From Candidatus Thalassarchaeaceae archaeon (GTDB lineage Archaea; Thermoplasmatota; Poseidoniia; Poseidoniales; Thalassarchaeaceae), in NCBI GenBank assembly GCA_034399535.1, contig DASCSS010000010.1:2096-66095 (forward strand): a stretch of DNA of 64,000 nt. Reading direction: 5' to 3'. Shown one piece after another: positions 38,802 through 47,768 of this stretch. Made by a program: the position numbers and the translations under genes. The notes under the pieces are model-generated. The model had not been told where the DNA came from and did no database searches. It saw nothing but the letters and a program-made list of their open reading frames with translations. How positions within the stretch are numbered: the stretch's first letter is position 1; the number at the start of each line of letters is the position of its first letter.

Positions 38802-38960
38802 TTGTGGTAAAAAGTTATTTAATTACTGTTTTTATTGTGGTATATTAGACATATTTGGCAATAGATTCGTGAAAATTCTCAATACTATCATTAAATGTGG
38901 TAATTTACTAATCAGTATACCGAATAATTGTTGTACTAATGTTTGTTATCAGTACTATGT
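38796..38960. repeat. AT-rich intergenic tract with 3x TGTGGTA and 3x TACTAAT
   Basis: TGTGGTA at 38803, 38836 and 38896; TACTAAT at 38796, 38906 and 38934; visibly the most AT-rich stretch of the window. Confidence 0.6.
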
Positions 38961-41839
38961 TCAATGGACGTCATGGAGTATGGGGGTGCCCCCATTGCAA
39001 TTTTCATCAGACTTGGAAAACTAGATCACAAAGGTCTAGCAAACTAGACAGGAAATGTGGAAAATGCGGAGAAAGGGCCAGGGTTACCCTCGATAGGTCC
39101 ATTTCAGGGAAGGGTCGTACCAGGAAGGTCCGGATATGGGAGAGGCCGCTGTCATGCAGTATGGAGCAGTTAGAAAAAGAGGCGAGGAGGAGGAACTCAG
39201 ACGATGGAATTGTCAAAAAAAGTGGAAGTGATCATGTTGAAGATATGGAAAATGGGAAAACACAAGCAGACCTTCCTCCAATCTGGGGTGCTGGTTGGTG
39301 GCCAAAAGAATCCCTTGATTTTCCAACTCCCTTAGATCTCAACGGAGTTAGGACAGAACTGCTCAGGTTCGTGACAGAAAGGAATGATGGACATCTTGAA
39401 ACTGTAGTCAAATGCTGGGATTCAATGGATCAAGAAAGATCTTTGGGTGGCTCTGAATTTCATATATTTTCCAAGAAATTACTTCTGGAAATTGAAAAAT
39501 GTCTCGAGGAGCGGATGCTTGGTCCCGACTTTTCGCCATTGATGGAAGAGGAAATAATTCCAAGGAGGTCTGGAGGGGCATACTTGAGCAGGCGTGCAGT
39601 TAGATTTCTGATTGATGTGTCTCTATGCTTACGGAGAATTGCCTACTACGCTTCAATCTCGCTGGATCTTAGAGAACAATGGCAAAGATGGATGACTCGA
39701 ACCCGATTAGTAGATGAACAACTCAAGGAGCTGTTCGCATCAGGACTACCTACGCCGGATGGTGGGAGTTTTGGAGGGAAAGGCTTCAGATCCACTTGGC
39801 AAGAGGGGATAGTGTCCTGTGCATCGTCCATGAGTAGATCCGTTGATTTGCCATCTGAAGAGAGGCATCGTGCAGACATAGTGGCCCCAATGATCAGAGA
39901 TATGGGGCTTGCAATTGCTATGGGGCAGACGCCAGAAGAGGTTTTTGCAGCGCAAATGGGGAAATCGGAATCAAATATGAATGGTGGAAATCATGGCTGT
40001 GGGGGGAGGGACCTTCACATCGGGAATTGGGAGAAGAGAGTCCTTCCACCGACTGCCCCCCTGCCTATAGCCAGTGCGACAACCACTGGATTAGCATTGG
40101 CAGCAAAAAGATTGGGGATTGATAGATTTCACCTTGCACCTGTAGGAGAAGGGTGCAGCAGCAGTGGAGAGTTTTGGGAGGCAATGAACTTCGCAGGGGT
40201 TCGGGGGCTCCCGATATGTTTCATGATTCAGAATAACCAAATTGCCCTGGACACCTTTGCATCTGTTCAGTCGGCAGCAGAAACATTCGGTGACAAGGGG
40301 ATCGCAATGGGGATCCCATCATGGACAATCGATGGTTCCGATCCGGCCATGTTCTACAGCTCAACATCTGTTGCAAGGGAGTTTGCACGAGGGGGCGGAG
40401 GAGCGACACTGATTCATGTAGAGACGATGCGTGGATGCGGACATGCACATCATCACGATGACTTGTATCTTGGAGCGTCCAGCGGAAACCCCCCTGGATA
40501 CGTCGACAGGGATTTGTTGTCTTACTGGGCCAAAAAGGACCCGCTTCCAAACCATAGGGAACTATTGATTCAACTAGGTTCAAATGAGGCTTCAATCGCA
40601 AGAATGGAGAAATCCGAAGAGGAGATGGTGGAAGGGGCTAGAAGGGCGGTTGAGGAGATGGAGTGGCCAGAGGGACACTCTGTTACGCGGGGAGTGACTT
40701 CTCTGCACGATGCCCCATCACACGAGCAGCAACTATTGAGGATTGATTCGGGTTCGGGAGGGGGAGATTCCCCCTTACTTCCGGGCAAGATGTCGATTAG
40801 TTTCTCGGATTTGCCAGGTTCTTGGACATATAGCAAGGCAATTCAAAATGGTCTGGCTGCATTGGCTGACAAGTATGGTGAGGAGATTGTTTTCATGGGG
40901 GAGGACATGGAAATAGCTGGAGCATTCGGAATGAATCTACCATTGAAAGCAAAGGGGCATCAGGAAAAATTGCTAGACATGCCATTGTCAGAGTCAATCA
41001 TAATCCACTCGGCTACCGGTGCGGCCCTAGGAGGGATGAGACCCGTTGCTGAAATTCAGTTCGGGGGGTTTGCATCTCTAGCTATGAATCCACTAATCAA
41101 CAATGCGGCTCAACTCAGATGGAGGTGGGGAGCAGACGTGCCAATGACAGTTAGAATCCCACTTGGAGCAAAGACTCGGAGTGGCCCCTTCCACGCGAAC
41201 ATGATTGAATCGTGGTTTGCCAATGACCCGGGTCTAGTAATCGTGGCACCTAGTACTCCGCAGGATGCCTATGACTTGCTAATTGAGGCCCATGAACTAC
41301 CCGATCCAGTTATCTTCCTGGAGCATATTGGACTGTATGGCCTAAGAGGGGGAAATACTGGTTGGGGGAATTCAATAAACCAACTGGTTGATTCCGATGC
41401 TGTCCATGAAAGACTCAGTGAGGGTTTGAATTCAATCGGTGAGGCACGAATAATTCGTGGGGGGAGGGATCTAACAATTGTGACTTGGGGGGCCATGGTC
41501 CACGTCGCTATCGAAGCGGCAATGAACGCATCAAAGAAGGGTTTGGAGGTGGAAATTATTGACCTGAGAACGCTTATTCCGATGGATTCGCAAACGTGTG
41601 TGGAATCAGTCCTAAGAACGGGGAAGCTACTTGTTCTTCAGGAAGCCCAATGGACAGGTGGAATCGGTCACACGGTTTGTAGCAGGATAATTGAGGAGGC
41701 ATTCTGGAGCCTTGATTCGCCCCCAATAGTAATTGGAGCTCTTGACACCCCCGTTCCATTCTCGCCCACCTTGGAAGACTATACCGTCCCTTCAGCATCC
41801 TTGGTGTCCCGTCACATAGAGAGGGCTTGCATGCAATAG
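38939..41839 (+). CDS. Fused TPP-dependent 2-oxoacid dehydrogenase E1 alpha+beta with an N-terminal zinc-ribbon extension
   Basis: CPHC...CGKC N-terminus; TPP motif GEGCSSSGEFWEAMNFA...NN; beta part MGEDM, DMPLSE, GMRPVAEIQF, EIIDLRTLIP, GALDTPVPF. Confidence 0.88.
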   Translation: MFVISTMFNGRHGVWGCPHCNFHQTWKTRSQRSSKLDRKCGKCGERARVTLDRSISGKGRTRKVRIWERPLSCSMEQLEKEARRRNSDDGIVKKSGSDHVEDMENGKTQADLPPIWGAGWWPKESLDFPTPLDLNGVRTELLRFVTERNDGHLETVVKCWDSMDQERSLGGSEFHIFSKKLLLEIEKCLEERMLGPDFSPLMEEEIIPRRSGGAYLSRRAVRFLIDVSLCLRRIAYYASISLDLREQWQRWMTRTRLVDEQLKELFASGLPTPDGGSFGGKGFRSTWQEGIVSCASSMSRSVDLPSEERHRADIVAPMIRDMGLAIAMGQTPEEVFAAQMGKSESNMNGGNHGCGGRDLHIGNWEKRVLPPTAPLPIASATTTGLALAAKRLGIDRFHLAPVGEGCSSSGEFWEAMNFAGVRGLPICFMIQNNQIALDTFASVQSAAETFGDKGIAMGIPSWTIDGSDPAMFYSSTSVAREFARGGGGATLIHVETMRGCGHAHHHDDLYLGASSGNPPGYVDRDLLSYWAKKDPLPNHRELLIQLGSNEASIARMEKSEEEMVEGARRAVEEMEWPEGHSVTRGVTSLHDAPSHEQQLLRIDSGSGGGDSPLLPGKMSISFSDLPGSWTYSKAIQNGLAALADKYGEEIVFMGEDMEIAGAFGMNLPLKAKGHQEKLLDMPLSESIIIHSATGAALGGMRPVAEIQFGGFASLAMNPLINNAAQLRWRWGADVPMTVRIPLGAKTRSGPFHANMIESWFANDPGLVIVAPSTPQDAYDLLIEAHELPDPVIFLEHIGLYGLRGGNTGWGNSINQLVDSDAVHERLSEGLNSIGEARIIRGGRDLTIVTWGAMVHVAIEAAMNASKKGLEVEIIDLRTLIPMDSQTCVESVLRTGKLLVLQEAQWTGGIGHTVCSRIIEEAFWSLDSPPIVIGALDTPVPFSPTLEDYTVPSASLVSRHIERACMQ

Positions 41840-41887
41840 GCATGAATGTACGGAAGAGTCATCAGTACTCTTCTCTGGGGGGAAAAC

Positions 41888-42850
41888 GTGAATGACGGAT
41901 TAATCGATGTCGCATACATCTTAGTTGGTTTCATATTCCTAATGACAGGTGGAGAGGGGCTGGTCCAGGGGGCCGTGAGGATTTCTGGGAAGCTCCAAAT
42001 TCCTCCACTACTAGTTGGGTTTACCGTCGTGGCAATTGGTACCTCGTTACCAGAGTTGGCTGTGGCCCTCCAGGCAGTGAGTAGTGGTTCAGAGGAAATA
42101 GCCGTGGGAGGGGTTCTAGGTTCGAACGTGGCAAATGTAATGCTGGTTCTCGGAAGTGCGGCTTTACTGGGCGCATGTTCAGAACCCGACAAAGGAACGG
42201 GAAGAGACTCAATAGCAGTAATGGTATGTACAACATTCTTACTTTTCTTCGTTCTTTTGGGGGAGATTCCCCTCTTAGGAGGGGTAGTAATGGTAATCGG
42301 GCTAGTGGGATACTACTGGTACGCGTACAGGGATGCTAGGAAATCTGGGGAACAGATAGAGCTAGCAGATTCTTGGCTTCCGGATAAGTTGACATTGGCG
42401 GTTCCAACATGCATATTGGGGGGATTAATGATTTGGCAAGGAGCAGTACTTCTGGTCGAAGGAGCCACGGGGGTAGCGACAAAGTACGATATCCCCGAAG
42501 ATGTGATTGGCCTGACGTTGGTTGCACTGGGGACGTCGCTTCCGGAATTAGCAGTAACCCTTGTCGCTGGACTACGAGGGCAAGGTGGGGTGGCCATCGG
42601 AAACGTTCTCGGCTCCAATGTGATGAATATCCTCGGTATCTTGGGCACAGCGGCGATTTACGCCCCGGGAGGAGGTTTGGAGATAGCTGGAGAGTTTGCA
42701 AGCAGGGACATCTGGGTTGTAATGGCCACTTCGGGATTCATTGCCTGGATGCTCCTGTCGGGAAGGGATATTGACAAGAGATCTGGATTTGCAATGATTT
42801 GCACATACCTGGTATACATGGGATACTTAGGATACGTTGGAATTGTATAG
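41888..42850 (+). CDS. Calcium/sodium antiporter (YrbG/CaCA family)
   Basis: Two alpha repeats: GTSLPE...GSNVAN and GTSLPE...GSNVMN. Confidence 0.92.
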   Translation: MNDGLIDVAYILVGFIFLMTGGEGLVQGAVRISGKLQIPPLLVGFTVVAIGTSLPELAVALQAVSSGSEEIAVGGVLGSNVANVMLVLGSAALLGACSEPDKGTGRDSIAVMVCTTFLLFFVLLGEIPLLGGVVMVIGLVGYYWYAYRDARKSGEQIELADSWLPDKLTLAVPTCILGGLMIWQGAVLLVEGATGVATKYDIPEDVIGLTLVALGTSLPELAVTLVAGLRGQGGVAIGNVLGSNVMNILGILGTAAIYAPGGGLEIAGEFASRDIWVVMATSGFIAWMLLSGRDIDKRSGFAMICTYLVYMGYLGYVGIV

Positions 42851-42879
42851 CACTATTACCTCCCTCCAAGTCCGAGTTC

Positions 42880-43467
42880 GTGTCAACAGTCTGTTGCGTT
42901 GTCCTAGCAGCAGGATTCAGTGAGAGGCTTGGTGAAGAAAAGGCCTTGTTGGAAACTGGGCAAGGGCCACTAGTTGGTTGGTTGGTAAGTAGATTAGTAA
43001 GTCATGGCATAAACCCTGTAGTGGTTACTAGAAGAGGCATTGCATCAGAAGTGGAGAGTTCTGTGCTTCCCTGTGAAGTTGTTGTTAATCAAATTCCTGA
43101 AGACGGTAGGACGGGAAGTATCATTGTTGGTATTTCGAAGCTCGATCGGGATTTTGGTGAAGGGTACAGGCTACTGGTAGTACCGGTTGACAGACCTGGT
43201 TTCTCTGATTCTACTTTGATGAGGTTAATCAGTTCAGAGGTAACTTGTTGCCCCTCTAAAGACGGCAGGGGAGGGCATCCCATCCTCCTCTCCAAGCGAG
43301 ACGTGGAAATAATTAGGAGTGCCCCCCATGATGCCCCCTTGCGGTCCATTATTTCGAAAGAAAGATTCCAAGTGAACGATCGATTTCTTCATTTGAATAT
43401 CGATTCTACGGAAGATTTGGAGGACTTTAGGGAATTAATGGAAAACATGGAGGAATCCGGAGTTTGA
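42880..43467 (+). CDS. MocA/MobA-like nucleotidyltransferase (probable Moco cytidylyltransferase)
   Basis: VLAAGFSERLG..KAL, VPVDRP, GGHPIL, NIDSTED; lies near xdhC and the Mo-hydroxylase genes. Confidence 0.75.
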   Translation: MSTVCCVVLAAGFSERLGEEKALLETGQGPLVGWLVSRLVSHGINPVVVTRRGIASEVESSVLPCEVVVNQIPEDGRTGSIIVGISKLDRDFGEGYRLLVVPVDRPGFSDSTLMRLISSEVTCCPSKDGRGGHPILLSKRDVEIIRSAPHDAPLRSIISKERFQVNDRFLHLNIDSTEDLEDFRELMENMEESGV

Positions 43468-43489
43468 GAATCTATTTACGGAAAGGGAT

Positions 43490-44320
43490 GTGCCCTCGCA
43501 CATGGACATCATTGACCTGATTAGTGGTTTGGGTCCAGTTCAGCAAGCATTTGTTGCCGGACTTTTTACCTGGTTCATGACAGCTGCCGGAGCTGGTCTA
43601 GTTATTCTGTTCAATGAAATTGATAGGAAGTTGCTAGATGCAATGCTTGGATTCGCTGCTGGGGTAATGATTGCAGCCAGTTTCTGGTCTCTTCTTTCCC
43701 CCTCTCTAGAAATGTCCGAAGGAAAGGATTTACCTGTTTGGTTTCCGGCATTGGTTGGTTTCCTATTGGGGGGAGTAGGCATGAGATCAATCGATATGTT
43801 CCTCCCTCACCTCCATCCAGGTGCTCCTCCTGAAGAGGCTGAGGGAGTAAAGACCTCGTGGCACAGAAGCATGCTCCTTGTATCGGCAATCACCCTCCAT
43901 AATGTACCGGAGGGCTTGGCCATTGGAGTGGCATTCGGGGCTGCAGCTTCTGGATTTGAGGGAGCCACAATTGGGGCTGCTGTTGCCCTTGCAATAGGGA
44001 TTGGTATCCAAAACTTTCCGGAAGGTGCTGCAGTGTCCCTTCCTCTGAGAAGAGAGGGTTTGTCCAAAAGATCAAGCTTCCTATGGGGTCAACTATCGGC
44101 AACTGTAGAGCCCGTAGCAGCTGTATTGGGCGCAGCCCTAGTGATGGCCATGGAGCCAATTCTTCCTTACGCTCTGGCATTTGCTGCTGGAGCAATGATT
44201 TTCGTGGTTGTTGAAGAGTTGGTTCCCGAAGCCCATAGAGGGGGGAATGGGGATATTGCCACAATGGGGGTCATGTTAGGTTTCTCTATCATGATGGTTC
44301 TAGACGTCGCTTTCGGTTGA
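43490..44320 (+). CDS. ZIP family metal transporter (GufA/ZupT-like)
   Basis: LGFAAGVM, LHNVPEGLAIG, IQNFPEG, EELVPEAH. Confidence 0.92.
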   Translation: MPSHMDIIDLISGLGPVQQAFVAGLFTWFMTAAGAGLVILFNEIDRKLLDAMLGFAAGVMIAASFWSLLSPSLEMSEGKDLPVWFPALVGFLLGGVGMRSIDMFLPHLHPGAPPEEAEGVKTSWHRSMLLVSAITLHNVPEGLAIGVAFGAAASGFEGATIGAAVALAIGIGIQNFPEGAAVSLPLRREGLSKRSSFLWGQLSATVEPVAAVLGAALVMAMEPILPYALAFAAGAMIFVVVEELVPEAHRGGNGDIATMGVMLGFSIMMVLDVAFG

Positions 44321-44365
44321 TGGGGTTAAGCGTAACCACAAAGGTGAGAGCCCGTTCACAGGATC

Positions 44366-45211
44366 GTGACTCGTGCAGTACTGGAATGGGTGCTGGAACA
44401 GTTGAGCGGAGGGGAGAGGGTGGGTCTTGCCTCAGTAATAGAAGCAAGTGGGAGCGTTCCAGGGAAGCCTGGGGCTAGAATGGCAATCTCATCTGCAGGG
44501 TCAAGGTACGGCACCGTTGGGGGTGCAGGACTTGAGAAATCCGTAGAAGACTCACTAAGAATTATGCTTGAGTCAGAGGACCGTAATTCTAGAAAGAAGG
44601 GGGGCAGGGTAGAGAGCTACATTCTCCATCGAGAGAGGTTGGGGAAGGAAGAAACTGCTTTGGACAGCCTCTGTGGTGGAAAGGTCACGGTTACCATGGA
44701 AATTCTCGAGCCCCTCCCTCACGTATTGATTGCCGGCGGGGGCCATGTTGGTCGCTGTATTGCGATTGTGTGCGATACTCTTGGATGGTCCCATAGCGTG
44801 TATGATGTTCGGGAGGAATTCGCAAATGAAGAGAGGTTCCCCTTCGCAAGCGAATTGCATTCTAGTGAGGTAGAAGAATTCCTCACCATAGAAGGCATAG
44901 AGAACCTGAAGCGTTTTTCTGATGTCCTTCTGTTGAGTCATGACTGGTCTGTGGATGAGAATTTACTAATCCGTTTGCTTGACCAAAGAGGTGATGCCAG
45001 GAGACCCAGAATTGGTGCCATAGGTTCGAAATCCAAGTGGGCATCATTCCGAAAATCGGCAATTGATTCGGGCATTCCGGTAGAAGATGTTGAATCCGTC
45101 AGATGTCCAATCGGCTTGAATATCGGAGCTGACTCCCCTGAAGAAATCGCACTCGCTGTTTGTTCGGAGATTCTTTCACTCGATAAGGGAGTCAATCTCT
45201 CCGAAGACTGA
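44366..45211 (+). CDS. xdhC: XdhC/CoxI family Mo-hydroxylase maturation factor
   Basis: GSVPGKPGARM, GTVGGAGLE, LCGG, IAGGGHVG, GAIGSKSK, CPIGLNIGADSPEEIA. Confidence 0.9.
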   Translation: MTRAVLEWVLEQLSGGERVGLASVIEASGSVPGKPGARMAISSAGSRYGTVGGAGLEKSVEDSLRIMLESEDRNSRKKGGRVESYILHRERLGKEETALDSLCGGKVTVTMEILEPLPHVLIAGGGHVGRCIAIVCDTLGWSHSVYDVREEFANEERFPFASELHSSEVEEFLTIEGIENLKRFSDVLLLSHDWSVDENLLIRLLDQRGDARRPRIGAIGSKSKWASFRKSAIDSGIPVEDVESVRCPIGLNIGADSPEEIALAVCSEILSLDKGVNLSED

Positions 45212-45236
45212 AATTAACCGACAAGTCCGGAATGAC

Positions 45237-46454
45237 ATGAGATTGGCTCCGGCTATGCTGTCAATCCTCTTGGTTCTGGCCCCTTCCAGTGGTTGCCTTT
45301 CCAATGAAGACGTGGGTGGCCAAGAAGAAATCGATGAGGTTCCTGTTTTCGGCCCGTTCAGCGTTGTTGCGCCAATCGATACAGGAATAAACGTCTATCA
45401 CAACCACTTCGTAATGAATGAATCCTATCCACAGTGGTTGCTTGATCAACTTGGAGTGAACCTTGTTTGTGAAATCAGCACCAATGGAACGTGGCAAGAG
45501 CGCTATGATGCTGACAAAGAGAATTGTTGGGACATTATCGTCGCAGGGGACATAGTTTGGTTCAAGGGGACCAAGATTATTGGGACTAGCCCAGATGATG
45601 ATACAGACATTCCAATCCTAGACGATCCCCAAGACGGACATGGGACGGCAGTTACTGGAGCGGTGTTGAACGCTAATCCAAATGCTGTAATTTTCTTTGT
45701 AGAAGGATTCAGTGACGCAGCAGTTTTAGCTGCGGCAAATCAGCCTTTAGTTGACATAATTACGACAAGTTTCGGTCCAATCCTATCCGTCCCCGTCCCG
45801 GGAATTGAAGATGCGACAAAGGTTGCTGTAGTTGAAAAGAAGAAGATTCATACTGGAGCTGCGGACAATTCCCCATCCCCTGCAATACAGGACTCTACCG
45901 CTGGCCCTCCTTGGAGCATAGGCATATCCGGCTATGCCGAAGAGGACGACGACCAGAAGGAAACGATGAGTGGCTCTTACCCGGATGTAGCGGCCGATTG
46001 GACACAAGTTCTTCCCAATCACGATGACATTGATGGTTATCACCAAACCTCTGGGACTTCTTTTGCAACTCCCCGGACTGCGGGTCTCCTGTCCGAAGTC
46101 CTGGAGACACTAAGAAATGAGTTTGGGGACGTGTCTTCGGGTGCTGATCCAATTAATCGTCTCGGCAAGCTGGTTAATGGTACCAATTTCACCCTAACGA
46201 ATGACGAATTACGTGATGCCTTGAACCTCTCTGCTTGGTATCCATCTTTTTCCACCTGGGACCCCCTATCGGGAACGACTCCCGTATCTCCGATTTTGCC
46301 GTGCACCCAACTGGGTTGGGGAGTAGTTAACAAGAGCAATGTCATCCCGATCATTGAGCATCTGAATGGGACATCACAAATCCCCCAGAGGCCTAGTGAT
46401 GTGGTAATGTGCATGGAAACCAATCAAGCAATTCGGGAAGCCTACTGGGGATAA
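45237..46454 (+). CDS. S8/S53 family serine peptidase lipoprotein
   Basis: Lipobox SSGC; triad IDTGIN / DGHGTAV / GTSFATP. Confidence 0.82.
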   Translation: MRLAPAMLSILLVLAPSSGCLSNEDVGGQEEIDEVPVFGPFSVVAPIDTGINVYHNHFVMNESYPQWLLDQLGVNLVCEISTNGTWQERYDADKENCWDIIVAGDIVWFKGTKIIGTSPDDDTDIPILDDPQDGHGTAVTGAVLNANPNAVIFFVEGFSDAAVLAAANQPLVDIITTSFGPILSVPVPGIEDATKVAVVEKKKIHTGAADNSPSPAIQDSTAGPPWSIGISGYAEEDDDQKETMSGSYPDVAADWTQVLPNHDDIDGYHQTSGTSFATPRTAGLLSEVLETLRNEFGDVSSGADPINRLGKLVNGTNFTLTNDELRDALNLSAWYPSFSTWDPLSGTTPVSPILPCTQLGWGVVNKSNVIPIIEHLNGTSQIPQRPSDVVMCMETNQAIREAYWG

Positions 46455-46480
46455 TTTTTCGACGGGTTGAATATCAATGA

Positions 46481-47143
46481 ATGGATGCGGGGAGTATGAG
46501 GAAGGTACTCCTGAGATGGAAGGTTTCCTCGCTTGGCGGACTAAAAGAAATCGGCAGATTGCTAGAAATTGTTGAGAGGATAGAAGTCCTTGGTCACCTT
46601 TCCTTTGGAGAAGAGGGGGTTACTCAGCTAGTGGAGTTAAAGCTGCGTCCAGGACACGAAATAAATGAGATTTCTGAGATGGAAAATTTTGAGTTTATTG
46701 AGATTCATGAGGAAGATGAGAATGGAATATTGGCCAGTATATTGTGCACCCACCCACTTGCCAGGACGGCCATAGAATTGTCAAACATTTACGTAAATCC
46801 GCCTTATGGAATTGATTCAGAGAGGGGAATGGAAATTCGCATGTACGGCCTTTCCGATTCCATCCGTAGGTTAATTGGACTTGTGAGGGCATTGATGCCT
46901 CCAGACAGCATTAGTGTTCAGACATTCAAAACTAACGGATTCTCAGACTATGATTTCCTAACTGAAAAGCAGAGGGATGCCCTAGAGCTCGCCGTTAGGA
47001 GGGGTTACTACGACGAAGACTCCAGCGTCACTCTGAAACAACTAGCAGATGAAATGGGAATTGCCAGAAGCACTATCGGGGAGCACCTCAAAAGGGTAGA
47101 GACGCAAATCATGAAGAAGGCTGGAGAGGAGCTGTCGTCATAA
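46481..47143 (+). CDS. Transcription regulator with C-terminal HTH_10 (Bat/DmsR-type HTH)
   Basis: LTEKQRDALELAVRRGYYD...TLKQLADEMGIARSTIGEHLKRVE. Confidence 0.88.
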   Translation: MDAGSMRKVLLRWKVSSLGGLKEIGRLLEIVERIEVLGHLSFGEEGVTQLVELKLRPGHEINEISEMENFEFIEIHEEDENGILASILCTHPLARTAIELSNIYVNPPYGIDSERGMEIRMYGLSDSIRRLIGLVRALMPPDSISVQTFKTNGFSDYDFLTEKQRDALELAVRRGYYDEDSSVTLKQLADEMGIARSTIGEHLKRVETQIMKKAGEELSS

Positions 47144-47195
47144 TTGTTGTACTGAACCGAATGCTCAAAGGATGACTCTGCTTGTGTCGGTATGA

Positions 47196-47768
47196 ATGGT
47201 GCAGTACCGGCTACCGATGCTCCCGCATCCAAAGGAAGAAAGCTGGGGGGCCGAAGTCAATGGAGTTGCAGTCAATGCCGCAATAGAGAGTAATGCGATT
47301 CTTCTAGATGTCCTGAGGGATCAGGTGGGGAGCCTGGGTACCAAGAGAGGATGCGATTTGGGCACCTGCGGTTGCTGCTCCGTGCTAGTTAATGGTAAAC
47401 CGAGATTATCCTGCCTTACGCTGGCCACTGAAGTAAACGGATCAAATATAACCACGGTTGAAGGCCTTTCAGATGGTCATCATTTACATCCCATCCAAGA
47501 GACATTCACTGAGTACGGTGGAAGCCAGTGTGGCTTCTGTACCCCTGGATTCCTAGTCGTCATTTCTTCACTCCTTGAAGAGAATCAAGCGCCTACAGAC
47601 AAGGAAATAAAATCTGCAATAGAGGGAAATTTGTGCCGGTGCACTGGGTTTCAACAAATCGTAGATTCGGTTAGAGCGGCATCAGAAATTCTGGTTTCGG
47701 GGACCAACATAGTGGACTCCACAGCACCGAAGAGTGACCCTCACCCTGGTTTTGAAGGAGATACATAA
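47196..47768 (+). CDS. Mo-hydroxylase 2x[2Fe-2S] small subunit (HcrC/CoxS-like)
   Basis: GCDLGTCGCC...SCL; QCGFCTPG; NLCRCTG. Confidence 0.92.
   Translation: MVQYRLPMLPHPKEESWGAEVNGVAVNAAIESNAILLDVLRDQVGSLGTKRGCDLGTCGCCSVLVNGKPRLSCLTLATEVNGSNITTVEGLSDGHHLHPIQETFTEYGGSQCGFCTPGFLVVISSLLEENQAPTDKEIKSAIEGNLCRCTGFQQIVDSVRAASEILVSGTNIVDSTAPKSDPHPGFEGDT

Noticed and set aside
38796..38960. CRISPR array or leader, or dif site
   Set aside because: Repeats are only 7 bp and irregularly spaced; no cas or xer gene nearby and no 11-6-11 palindrome
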